Below, in pieces: positions 26,467 to 34,684 of a stretch of DNA of 64,000 bases (position 1 is its first letter; the number at the start of each line of letters is the position of its first letter). Position numbers and translations under genes: made by a program. The stretch spans positions 870 to 64,869 of the forward strand of contig JAILRE010000009.1 in assembly GCA_024698505.1 (NCBI GenBank), given 5' to 3'. The notes under the pieces were generated by a model, which had not been told where the DNA came from, did not search any database, and was given only the letters and a program-made list of their open reading frames with translations. Origin of the DNA: Clostridiales bacterium. GTDB taxonomy: Bacteria > Bacillota > Clostridia > Christensenellales > CAG-138.

Positions 26467-27177
26467 TCATTCGGCTTCGGCCTTCTTTTTTTCGCGCCTT
26501 TTCACGAACAGCAGAAGGAATACGGCGTATAAGGCCGCGGCCGCCGCGTCGATGATCGCGGTGACGTAGGGGCGGCCCTCCCAAAGCAGGGAGCCGAGCG
26601 CCCCGGCAAGCCCTATCACGCAGGCCGCCAGGAGCAGGGCCGTCAGGTTCTTTTTGGAAAGCAGTTTTTTAAGCGGCACGTTCGGAAAGATCGCCTTCTC
26701 GGCCGCGAGTATCAGCGCGAAGACGGCGGCTGCCCCGATAAGGAGCTTTATTAAAGCCCCGACGAAGGGTATGCCGAGGGCGCCCGTCAGCGCGGCGACG
26801 CCCCAGACTATGCCGGACCCGACCGCCCAAACGGGCAGCAGCACGAGCAGCCTTGCAATAAGGGGCATGGAGCGGAGCCTGTCCCCGAGCTTGGCCCGAA
26901 GACCGCGCTTTCTTTCGGAATCGTCGGGCGCGGGTATCAGCTCCGGCTCGGCGGAGGGAAGCTCCATCGTCTGCACGACGGCGGCGGGGGAGGCGAGCTG
27001 CTCGGGGGTGAGCGCCTCCTTCTGAGGGGCGAACATGCCGCCGAAGAAAAGCGAAGCCGCAAGCGCCGTTCCCGCGGCAGCCTGCTTCGCCTTTTTGCCC
27101 AGCTTTTTAATATCGGGCTTCTTCAGTTTATGCTCGTTTTCCATAGGGGGAATACCGCCCTTTCCGTCTGAACGCAT
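26467..27177 (-). CDS. Hypothetical polytopic membrane protein with a Lys-rich N-terminus (start uncertain)
   Basis: Minus-strand promoter TTGTTT-17-TGGTATAAT (-10 at 27188-27193) lies 10 nt upstream of ATG 27177. Alternative starts are ATG 27144 and TTG 27216. About 5 hydrophobic helices; stop is 43 nt before the rSAM start. Confidence 0.5.
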   Translation of the reverse strand: MRSDGKGGIPPMENEHKLKKPDIKKLGKKAKQAAAGTALAASLFFGGMFAPQKEALTPEQLASPAAVVQTMELPSAEPELIPAPDDSERKRGLRAKLGDRLRSMPLIARLLVLLPVWAVGSGIVWGVAALTGALGIPFVGALIKLLIGAAAVFALILAAEKAIFPNVPLKKLLSKKNLTALLLAACVIGLAGALGSLLWEGRPYVTAIIDAAAAALYAVFLLLFVKRREKKKAEAE

Positions 27178-27262
27178 ATCCTTATGGATTATACCATATA
27201 TTTTCGGCAAAAACAATTCCCCGGGCGAAGTATTTCACGGGTACAAATCTTCGTTATTCGGC

Positions 27263-27291
27263 TTGACAGAGGGCCGCGTTTCCCTTATAAT
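27263..27291 (+). promoter_or_regulatory. Promoter of the lysine-fermentation operon (TTGACA-17-TATAAT)
   Basis: Both hexamers are exact consensus, immediately upstream of the riboswitch. Confidence 0.7.
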
Positions 27292-27296
27292 AGAAG

Positions 27297-27510
27297 GGTA
27301 GAGGCGCAGGAGGTCAGGTAGCGCGCCGCGCATGGGCTGCGGAGCTTATGCGGCGCGTGAATGGGGCTTCTGCCGAAGGTGTGCTTTATCCGTGAAAGGC
27401 GCATCTGGGCGTACGGCCGAGCGCCGTGCGACTGTCATTGCTTGTCAATGGTGCGCTATTGTTCCGGGCTGCTTTTGTGCGGCCCGCGGACGGGAGCGCC
27501 TTTTTATTTC
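27297..27510 (+). ncRNA. Lysine riboswitch (L-box) aptamer plus a U-tract expression platform
   Basis: L-box core elements in the correct order: AGAGGCGC, CAGGTAGCG, GTGAATGGGGCTTCTGCCGAAGG, TCTGGGCGTACGG, GACTGTCA. A GC-rich hairpin region ending in CCTTTTTATTT (27499-27509) follows. Confidence 0.85.
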
Positions 27511-27534
27511 AATCACTATTCGGAGGTATCATCC

Positions 27535-27942
27535 ATGGAACAGAAGATCACATCCACCATCCGTCTCCGCATGAGCGCGCAGGACGCGCATTACGGCGGA
27601 AATCTTGTCGACGGCGCGCATATGCTCGCCCTCTTCGGCGACGTCGCGACCGAGCTCCTCATCAAGCTTGACGGCGACGAGGGCCTCTTCAAGGCTTATG
27701 ATATGGTCGAGTTCATCGCTCCCGTTTTCGCGGGCGACTATATCGAGGCCTACGGCGAGATCACCCATATCGGCAACACCTCCCGCAAGATGGTCTTCGA
27801 GGCCAGGAAGGTGATAGCTCCCCGTCCCGACATCAACGATTCCGCTTGCGACGTTCTGGCTGAGCCGATCGTCGTCTGCAGGGCCTCCGGCACCTGCGTC
27901 GTCCCCAAGGACAAGAAGCGCGGCAATTACGAGAACCTGTAA
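27535..27942 (+). CDS. kal: 3-aminobutyryl-CoA ammonia-lyase (hotdog fold)
   Basis: RBS CGGAGGT then ATG at 27535. 135 aa ([28 protein letters not shown]). Position in the kce-kdd-kam operon. Confidence 0.8.
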   Translation: MEQKITSTIRLRMSAQDAHYGGNLVDGAHMLALFGDVATELLIKLDGDEGLFKAYDMVEFIAPVFAGDYIEAYGEITHIGNTSRKMVFEARKVIAPRPDINDSACDVLAEPIVVCRASGTCVVPKDKKRGNYENL

Positions 27943-27955
27943 GAGGAGATAACAA

Positions 27956-28783
27956 ATGGAAAAGCTGATCATCACGGCCGCCATCTGCGGAGCAGAGGTC
28001 ACGAAGGCCAATAATCCCGCCGTTCCCTACACCGTTGAGGAGATGGTGAACGAGGCAAGGTCCGCCTACAACGCGGGCGCGGCCATAATCCACGTCCACG
28101 TCCGTGAGGACGACGGCACCCCCACCCAGAGCCGCGAGCGCTTCCGCGTCGTGATGGACGCGATAAGGCGCGAGCTGCCCGACGTCATAATGATCCCCTC
28201 CACCGGCGGCGCCACCGGCATGAGCCCGGAGGAGCGTCTCCAGCCCACGGAGCTCTTCCCCGAAATGGCCACCCTTGACTGCGGCACCTGCAATTTCGGC
28301 GACGAGATATTCGACAACACGATGCCCACCATGCGCGCCTTCGGCAAGCGCATGATCGAGAACGGCATAAAGCCCGAGTACGAGTGCTTCGAGATGGGCC
28401 ATATCGACACCATCCTCGACATGGCGAGGAAGGGCGAAGTCCCCGGCGATCCCATGCAGTTCAACTTCGTTCTCGGCGTCAAGGGCTGCACCCCCGCTAC
28501 GGTGCAGAACCTCGTCTGGATGGTCAACGCCATCCCCAAGAACGCCACCTGGACCTCCACCGGCGTAGGCCGCGCCGCTTTCACTCTCGCCGCTCCCACC
28601 ATCGTTATGGGCGGCAACGTCAGAGTCGGCTTCGAGGATAACATCTACCTCTCCAGGGGCGTGAAGGCCGCCTCCAACGGCGAGCTCGTTGAGAAGGTCG
28701 TAAGGCTCTCCAGGGAGCTCGGCCGCGAGATCGCTTCCCCCGAGGAGGCAAGGCGCATACTCTCCCTCAAGCCCAGGATGTAA
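27956..28783 (+). CDS. kce: 3-keto-5-aminohexanoate cleavage enzyme (BKACE/DUF849)
   Basis: 275 aa; MEKLIITAAICGAEVTKANNPAVPYTVEEMV is a typical BKACE N-terminus. Confidence 0.9.
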   Translation: MEKLIITAAICGAEVTKANNPAVPYTVEEMVNEARSAYNAGAAIIHVHVREDDGTPTQSRERFRVVMDAIRRELPDVIMIPSTGGATGMSPEERLQPTELFPEMATLDCGTCNFGDEIFDNTMPTMRAFGKRMIENGIKPEYECFEMGHIDTILDMARKGEVPGDPMQFNFVLGVKGCTPATVQNLVWMVNAIPKNATWTSTGVGRAAFTLAAPTIVMGGNVRVGFEDNIYLSRGVKAASNGELVEKVVRLSRELGREIASPEEARRILSLKPRM

Positions 28784-28878
28784 GGCTTTCAGAGGGCGGA
28801 CGAAACAGTTACCAACCCCCTTTTTCAGGGCGGTAAACCAAATAGAATAAAAAAACATTAACACGGAGGAATAATACA

Positions 28879-29919
28879 ATGGCACTCAAAGGCAACAAGT
28901 ACGGTACTCACAGGGTCATCGAGCCCCAGGGCGTTCTCACTCAGGCCGCCTGGAAGATCGACAACGACATGACCAAGCGTTACTCCAACGAGATCATCTG
29001 CGACGTTATCTCCCTCAACATCGACTCCGCTTCCTTCACTCAGATCGAGGAAGCCTGCGAGGGCGACGAGAAGAGGATCGGCGAGATGATAATGGGCATC
29101 GTCGCCGAGCGCGGCAAGCAGCAGAACCCCGTTACCGGTTCCGGCGGCATGTTCATCGGCAAGGTCGCCTACATCGGCGAGGATCTCAAGGACCGCGACC
29201 TGAAGGTCGGCGACAAGATCGCTTCCCTCGTTTCCCTGTCCCTCACTCCCCTCAAGATCGACAAGATCCTTGCCATCCACAAGGATATCGACCGCGTTGA
29301 CATCATCGGTCAGGCCGTCCTCTTCGAGAGCGGCATCTACGCGAAGCTGCCCGACGACATGAGCGAGCCTCTGGCCCTCGCGGCCCTCGACGTAGCGGGC
29401 GCTCCCGCTCAGGCGCGCAAGCTCCCCAAGGAGGGCGACAGCGTCCTCATTCTCGGCGCAAACGGCAAGTCCGGCGTTCTCTGCGGCTATGAGGCCATGA
29501 AGAAGGTCGGCCCCAAGGGCAACGTCGTCGGCGTCGTAAGGAACCCGAAGCAGGTCCCCGCTCTCATGGAGCTGGGCGTTTACAATAAGGTCATCGTCGC
29601 CTCCGCGACGGAGCCCATCGCCGTTCTCAACGCCGCTCTCGAGGCGAACGACGGCAAGGAGTACGATATCTCCATCAGCTGCGTCAACGTCGAGTCCTGC
29701 GAGATGAGCGCGATCCTCCCCGTCCGTGACGACGGTATCGTCTACTTCTTCTCCATGGCCACCTCCTTCACCAAGGCCGCTCTCGGCGCAGAAGGCATCG
29801 GCAAGGACGTCACCATGATCGTCGGCAACGGCTACACCAAGGATCATGCCGAGATCACCCTCAACGTTCTCCGCGAGAACGAGAAGCTCCGCAAGCTCTT
29901 CGACGAGAAGTACTGCTGA
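28879..29919 (+). CDS. kdd: L-erythro-3,5-diaminohexanoate dehydrogenase
   Basis: 346 aa (MALKGNKYGTHRVIEPQGVLTQAAWKIDND). Rossmann-like LILGANGKSG. Operon context. Confidence 0.85.
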   Translation: MALKGNKYGTHRVIEPQGVLTQAAWKIDNDMTKRYSNEIICDVISLNIDSASFTQIEEACEGDEKRIGEMIMGIVAERGKQQNPVTGSGGMFIGKVAYIGEDLKDRDLKVGDKIASLVSLSLTPLKIDKILAIHKDIDRVDIIGQAVLFESGIYAKLPDDMSEPLALAALDVAGAPAQARKLPKEGDSVLILGANGKSGVLCGYEAMKKVGPKGNVVGVVRNPKQVPALMELGVYNKVIVASATEPIAVLNAALEANDGKEYDISISCVNVESCEMSAILPVRDDGIVYFFSMATSFTKAALGAEGIGKDVTMIVGNGYTKDHAEITLNVLRENEKLRKLFDEKYC

Positions 29920-29930
29920 TAACGTATATC

Positions 29931-29977
29931 GCCGCCCCGCGCAGTCCGATAAAGCGTCCGCGCGGGAGCGGCTTTTT
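29931..29977 (+). terminator. Internal terminator-like hairpin between kdd and the lipoprotein gene
   Basis: GCCGCCCCGCGC / GCGCGGGAGCGGC stem with one bulge, followed by TTTTT. Confidence 0.55.
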
Positions 29978-30013
29978 CGCAAAAACCTTTCCCCTAAAAC
30001 GGAGACCGACCGT

Positions 30014-30652
30014 ATGAAAAAAACAATTTCTCTTCTGCTCCTCGTCCTGCTGGCAGTATCGCTCTTTGCGGGCTGCAAGAAGGATCCCTACGTTCCCGAA
30101 GGCCCCACGATAGTCGATTACGGCGAGGTCGAGTACGTCCCCTACAGTGATGAAACCGCCCTCTCCTTCAGCTATCTCGACTGCTTCGCAAGGGCAACGG
30201 AGGACGGCCCCTTCGTAGCCAACACCCCGGATAAAAAGGGCGTGCTGACCTACGATTTCTACGATTCCTTCAAGGAATACGAGGGCACGCAGCAGTATTA
30301 CCAGATCCCGAGCCGCACCTTTGCCGAGATTGCCGCCTTCTCCGACAGCGAGGCGTACGAGTACCTCGAGGCCGCCCTCGGCATGGTAGAGGCCATGAAC
30401 GCCGATTACCACGTCGACGATTTCATCTTCGAAAAGGATGACAAGCTCATCACCCTCGGCATGGAGGTCACTGCGACCTACCGCACGACGGGGGAGATAC
30501 AGAAGATGTTCATCAGGAAGTTCATCGTCGAGAACGAGCGCGTTTACACTGTCCAGTACGTCGTCCCCGCGAGCTGCATTGAAAAATACGGCCCCTGCGT
30601 GAAGGGCATGATACTGGATCTTGCCAACGCTCTTGAGGGCTCGGCCGACTAA
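30014..30652 (+). CDS. Hypothetical lipoprotein embedded in the lysine-fermentation operon
   Basis: MKKTISLLLLVLLAVSLFAGC lipobox. 212 aa with no recognisable domain. Confidence 0.7.
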   Translation: MKKTISLLLLVLLAVSLFAGCKKDPYVPEGPTIVDYGEVEYVPYSDETALSFSYLDCFARATEDGPFVANTPDKKGVLTYDFYDSFKEYEGTQQYYQIPSRTFAEIAAFSDSEAYEYLEAALGMVEAMNADYHVDDFIFEKDDKLITLGMEVTATYRTTGEIQKMFIRKFIVENERVYTVQYVVPASCIEKYGPCVKGMILDLANALEGSAD

Positions 30653-30684
30653 GAGCATTCAATAATTCAGAAAGGATCAAGAAA

Positions 30685-31962
30685 ATGGTCACGATCAATC
30701 AGAGCCGCGCATACGGGCTTTTCAAGGATATCCCCGACGAGCTGTGGAACGACTGGCAGTGGCAGGTCGCCAACCGCATTGAGACCCTTGAGGATCTCAA
30801 AAAGTACGTCAAGCTCACCCCCGAAGAGGAGGACGGCGTCAGGAAGTGCCTCGGCACGCTCCGCATGGCGATCACGCCCTATTATCTCTCCCTCATCAAT
30901 CCGGACGATCCCTTCGATCCCGTAAGGCGTCAGGCGATCCCCACCGCGGCGGAGCTCTATCAGGCCCCCGAGGATCAGCTCGATCCTCTGCATGAGGACA
31001 CCGATTCGCCCGTTCCCGGCCTCACCCACAGGTATCCCGACCGCGTACTCTTTCTCGTTACCGACCAGTGCTCCATGTACTGCCGTCACTGCACGAGGAG
31101 GCGCTTCGCCGGCCAGACCGACACCGCCGTTCCCGACTGCCAGATCGAGGGCTGCCTCGATTACATCAGGAAGCATCCCGAGGTGCGCGACGTACTGCTC
31201 TCCGGCGGCGATGTGCTGATGCTCTCCGACGAGAAGCTCGAGTACATCATCTCCGAGCTGCGCAAGATCCCCCACGTGGAGATCGTAAGGCTCGGCTCCA
31301 GGACTCCCGTCGTCTGCCCCCAGAGGATCACTCCCGCCCTCTGCGCCATGCTGAGGAAGTATCATCCCATCTGGCTGAACACCCACTTCAACCATCCCAA
31401 TGAGATCACCGAGGAATCCAAGCGCGCCTGCGCCATGCTGGCCGACGCCGGCATCCCCCTCGGCAACCAGTCGGTGCTGCTCCACGGCGTGAACGACTGC
31501 GTCCACGTTATGAAGAAGCTCGTCCAGGCGCTCGTCTACATCAGGGTAAGGCCGTATTACATCTACGTCTGCGACCTGTCGATGGGCCTCACGCATTTCC
31601 GCACCCCCGTTTCCAAGGGCATCGAGATAATCGAGGGCCTCAGGGGGCATACCTCCGGCTACGCCGTGCCCACTTTCGTGGTCGACGCTCCCGGCGGCGG
31701 CGGCAAGACGCCCGTCATGCCCAACTACGTCATCTCCCAGACCCCGAGGAAGACCATACTCAGGAATTTCGAGGGCGTCATCACCACCTATACCGAGCCC
31801 GAGAACTACGTTGAGGACTGCCACTGCGAGGAATGCCGCAAGGCGAAGGAGCAGAGGTTCGAGCCCGTCGGCGTAGCGGGCCTCGAGCAGGGCCGCAGGG
31901 ACGGCGCGATCTCCCTTGAGCCCAAGGGCCTCGCAAGGCTGGAGCGCGGCAGAAAGCACTGA
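30685..31962 (+). CDS. kamA: L-lysine 2,3-aminomutase (radical SAM, PLP)
   Basis: 425 aa with CSMYCRHCTRRR (CxxxCxxC) and a typical KamA N-terminus. Confidence 0.95.
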   Translation: MVTINQSRAYGLFKDIPDELWNDWQWQVANRIETLEDLKKYVKLTPEEEDGVRKCLGTLRMAITPYYLSLINPDDPFDPVRRQAIPTAAELYQAPEDQLDPLHEDTDSPVPGLTHRYPDRVLFLVTDQCSMYCRHCTRRRFAGQTDTAVPDCQIEGCLDYIRKHPEVRDVLLSGGDVLMLSDEKLEYIISELRKIPHVEIVRLGSRTPVVCPQRITPALCAMLRKYHPIWLNTHFNHPNEITEESKRACAMLADAGIPLGNQSVLLHGVNDCVHVMKKLVQALVYIRVRPYYIYVCDLSMGLTHFRTPVSKGIEIIEGLRGHTSGYAVPTFVVDAPGGGGKTPVMPNYVISQTPRKTILRNFEGVITTYTEPENYVEDCHCEECRKAKEQRFEPVGVAGLEQGRRDGAISLEPKGLARLERGRKH

Positions 31963-32005
31963 GCGGGCGGATAAGCCGCCAAATACTAAAAGTCAGGAGA
32001 ATACC

Positions 32006-33559
32006 ATGACTGAAAAACTCAGACTTAATCAGGAAAACGTGAAGAAAGCGCGTGAATCCGCCCACAGGATAGCGGTCGAGACGCAGAGCTTCATCGATCT
32101 GCACACCACCGTTACCGTCGAGAGGACGGTCTGCCGTCTGCTCGGCATCGACGGTATAAACGCGCTGGACGTTCCCCTGCCCAACGTGGTCGTCGATCAC
32201 ATGAGCGAGAAGGGCCTCCTGGGCGTCGGCGCGGCGTACCTTCTGGGCACGGCCATGCTGGATACCGGCAAGACCCCGCAGGAGATCGCCGAGGCCATAG
32301 ACGAGGGCACGATAGACCTTTCCAAGCTCCCTCCCCGCAGCATCGAGGATATCCGCTCGGTCATAATGCCCGTCGCGGAAGCCACCGCCGAGAGGGTAAG
32401 GAAGAACGTCGCCAAGCGTAACGAGTATCTCAAGGAGTTCGGTGATAAGACCGATCCGTACCTCTACGTAATAGTCGCAACGGGCAATATCTACGAGGAC
32501 ATCACCCAGGCCAAGGCCGCCGCCAAGCAGGGCGCGGACATAATCGCCGTCATCAGGACGACGGGCCAGAGCCTCCTCGATTACGTTCCCTTCGGAGCGA
32601 CGACGGAGGGCTTCGGCGGCACCTACGCCACGCAGGAGAATTTCCGTCTCATGCGCGCCGCGCTCGACGAGGTGGGCGAGGAGGAGCACCGCTACATAAG
32701 GCTGTGCAACTACTGCTCCGGCCTCTGCATGCCCGAGATAGCCGCAATGGGCGCTCTCGAAAGGCTCGACGTCATGCTGAACGACGCGCTTTACGGCATA
32801 CTCTTCCGCGATATCAACCCCCAGCGCACCATAATCGACCAGTACATGAGCCGCGTCATCAACTCCTTCGCGGGCGTCATAATCAACACGGGCGAGGATA
32901 ACTACCTCACCACCGCGGACGCCGTCGAGGAGGCGCACACCGTGCTCGCGTCCCAGTTCCTCAACGAGCAGTTCGCTCTCGAGGCGGGTCTTCCCGAAGA
33001 GCAGCAGGGCCTCGGCCATGCCTTCGAGATCAATCCCGACGTCGAGAACGGCTTCCTCTACGAGCTGGCGCAGGCGCAGATGGCAAGGCAGATATTCCCG
33101 AAGGCGCCTTTAAAATACATGCCCCCGACCAAGTTCATGACGGGCAATATCTTCCGCGGCCACGTGCAGGACGCGCTCTTCAACATCGTAACGATACTCA
33201 CGGGGCAGAAGCTCCACCTCCTCGGAATGCTCACTGAGGCGATACATACCCCCTTCATGAGCGACCGCGCGCTTTCCATCGAGAACGCGCAGTACATATT
33301 CCGCACCATGCACGACCTCGGCGACGATATCACCTTCCGTGAGGGCGGCATTATGGAGACGAGGGCGAACGAAGTCCTTAAGAAGGCGGCCGACCTTCTG
33401 GGCGAGATCGAGAAGATGGGCCTCTTCGCCACTCTGGAGAAGGGCATTTTCGCCGATATCAAGCGTTCGAGGGACGGCGGCAAGGGCCTTGCGGGCGTCA
33501 CCAGGAAGGACGCCGTCTACTTCAACCCCTTCATAGAGCTTATGAAAAGGGAGGTGTAA
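32006..33559 (+). CDS. kamD: D-lysine/beta-lysine 5,6-aminomutase alpha subunit
   Basis: RBS AGGAGA then ATG at 32006. About 517 aa, directly followed by the B12-binding beta subunit. Confidence 0.85.
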   Translation: MTEKLRLNQENVKKARESAHRIAVETQSFIDLHTTVTVERTVCRLLGIDGINALDVPLPNVVVDHMSEKGLLGVGAAYLLGTAMLDTGKTPQEIAEAIDEGTIDLSKLPPRSIEDIRSVIMPVAEATAERVRKNVAKRNEYLKEFGDKTDPYLYVIVATGNIYEDITQAKAAAKQGADIIAVIRTTGQSLLDYVPFGATTEGFGGTYATQENFRLMRAALDEVGEEEHRYIRLCNYCSGLCMPEIAAMGALERLDVMLNDALYGILFRDINPQRTIIDQYMSRVINSFAGVIINTGEDNYLTTADAVEEAHTVLASQFLNEQFALEAGLPEEQQGLGHAFEINPDVENGFLYELAQAQMARQIFPKAPLKYMPPTKFMTGNIFRGHVQDALFNIVTILTGQKLHLLGMLTEAIHTPFMSDRALSIENAQYIFRTMHDLGDDITFREGGIMETRANEVLKKAADLLGEIEKMGLFATLEKGIFADIKRSRDGGKGLAGVTRKDAVYFNPFIELMKREV

Positions 33560-33562
33560 GGC

Positions 33563-34351
33563 ATGAGCAGCGGTTTATACAACACGCATAAAGCGGATTT
33601 CGATACGAAGTTCGACCCGACGAGGGTAAAGGCCTACGGCGACACGATGAACGACGGCAAGGTGCAGTTCTCGTTCACATTGCCCGTCAAGAACGATGAG
33701 CGCGGCATAGAGGCCGCCCGTCAGCTCGTCCGCAAGATGGGCGTCGACGAGCCGAACGTCGCCTGCGCGAAGACTCTCGATAAGGAGTTCACGTTCTTCG
33801 TCGTTTACGGCTCCGTCTCCCATTCCGTCGACTATGAGAACATACACGTCCTCACCGTCGAGGAGGAGACCATGAGCATGGAGGAGACCGACGCCTACAT
33901 CAAGGAGCATTTCGGCCGCAAGATAGTGATGGTCGGCGCCTCCACCGGCACCGACGCGCACACCGTCGGCATCGACGCGATAATGAACCGCAAGGGCTTT
34001 GCGGGGCATTACGGTCTTGAGCGTTACGAAATGATCGAGGCCTACAACTGGGGCGCTCAGGTCCCCAACGAGGAATTCGTCAAGAAGGCGCTCGAGGTCA
34101 ACGCCGACGTGCTGCTCGTCTCGCAGACGGTCACGCAGAAGGATATCCACATCCAGAACCTCACCGAGCTCGTCGAGTATCTCGAGGCCGAGGGCCTTCG
34201 CGACAGGTTCATTCTGATCTGCGGCGGCGCCAGGATCACCCATGAGCTCGCCAAGGAGCTGGGCTACGACGCGGGCTTCGGCGCCGGCAAGTACGCCGAC
34301 GACGTCGCAACCTTCGCCGTGACCGAGATGGTCAAGCGCGGGATGAAATAA
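33563..34351 (+). CDS. kamE: D-lysine/beta-lysine 5,6-aminomutase beta subunit (B12-binding)
   Basis: 262 aa. Cobalamin-binding region VMVGASTGTDAHTVG (DxHxxG). Confidence 0.85.
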   Translation: MSSGLYNTHKADFDTKFDPTRVKAYGDTMNDGKVQFSFTLPVKNDERGIEAARQLVRKMGVDEPNVACAKTLDKEFTFFVVYGSVSHSVDYENIHVLTVEEETMSMEETDAYIKEHFGRKIVMVGASTGTDAHTVGIDAIMNRKGFAGHYGLERYEMIEAYNWGAQVPNEEFVKKALEVNADVLLVSQTVTQKDIHIQNLTELVEYLEAEGLRDRFILICGGARITHELAKELGYDAGFGAGKYADDVATFAVTEMVKRGMK

Positions 34352-34371
34352 GCGAAATAATTTGGCACGAT

Positions 34372-34398
34372 AAAAAGGGCTGCGATGCAGCCCTTTTA
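34372..34398 (+). terminator. Rho-independent terminator after kamE
   Basis: GGGCTGC-GAT-GCAGCCC flanked by an A-run and TTTT. Confidence 0.75.
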
Positions 34399-34447
34399 AT
34401 ATTTCCGCGGGAGGAGATTCGAGCGTGAGGCAGACAGCCCCGCAGGC

Positions 34448-34680
34448 TTTTTCTTCTCATTTCTTTTGCTCCCTTTTTTCGTTCGGATCATTCGGAAAGG
34501 ATCCCCCTGCCGAGGGATCCTTTTGAGCATTTCCCCTCATCCACCGCAAGCGGTCCCCCTTCTCCACCAAGGAGAAGGCTGAGCGTAAAGCGGCCGGTAA
34601 AAGTGTCGAGCCGACGCAGTCGGCGAGACTGATGAGGGGCGGAGGGGGGAATGAGAAAGGCAGTAAAGGGGCGGCCTTCC
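34448..34680. repeat. Intergenic hairpin-rich repeat element (full-length copy)
   Basis: 34448-34582 is a near copy of 41839-41977; 34605-34640 of 23568-23600; 34647-34672 of 41427-41453. Contains a 9-bp closing stem CCCCTCATC/GATGAGGGG around three hairpins. Confidence 0.8.
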
Positions 34681-34684
34681 CCCA

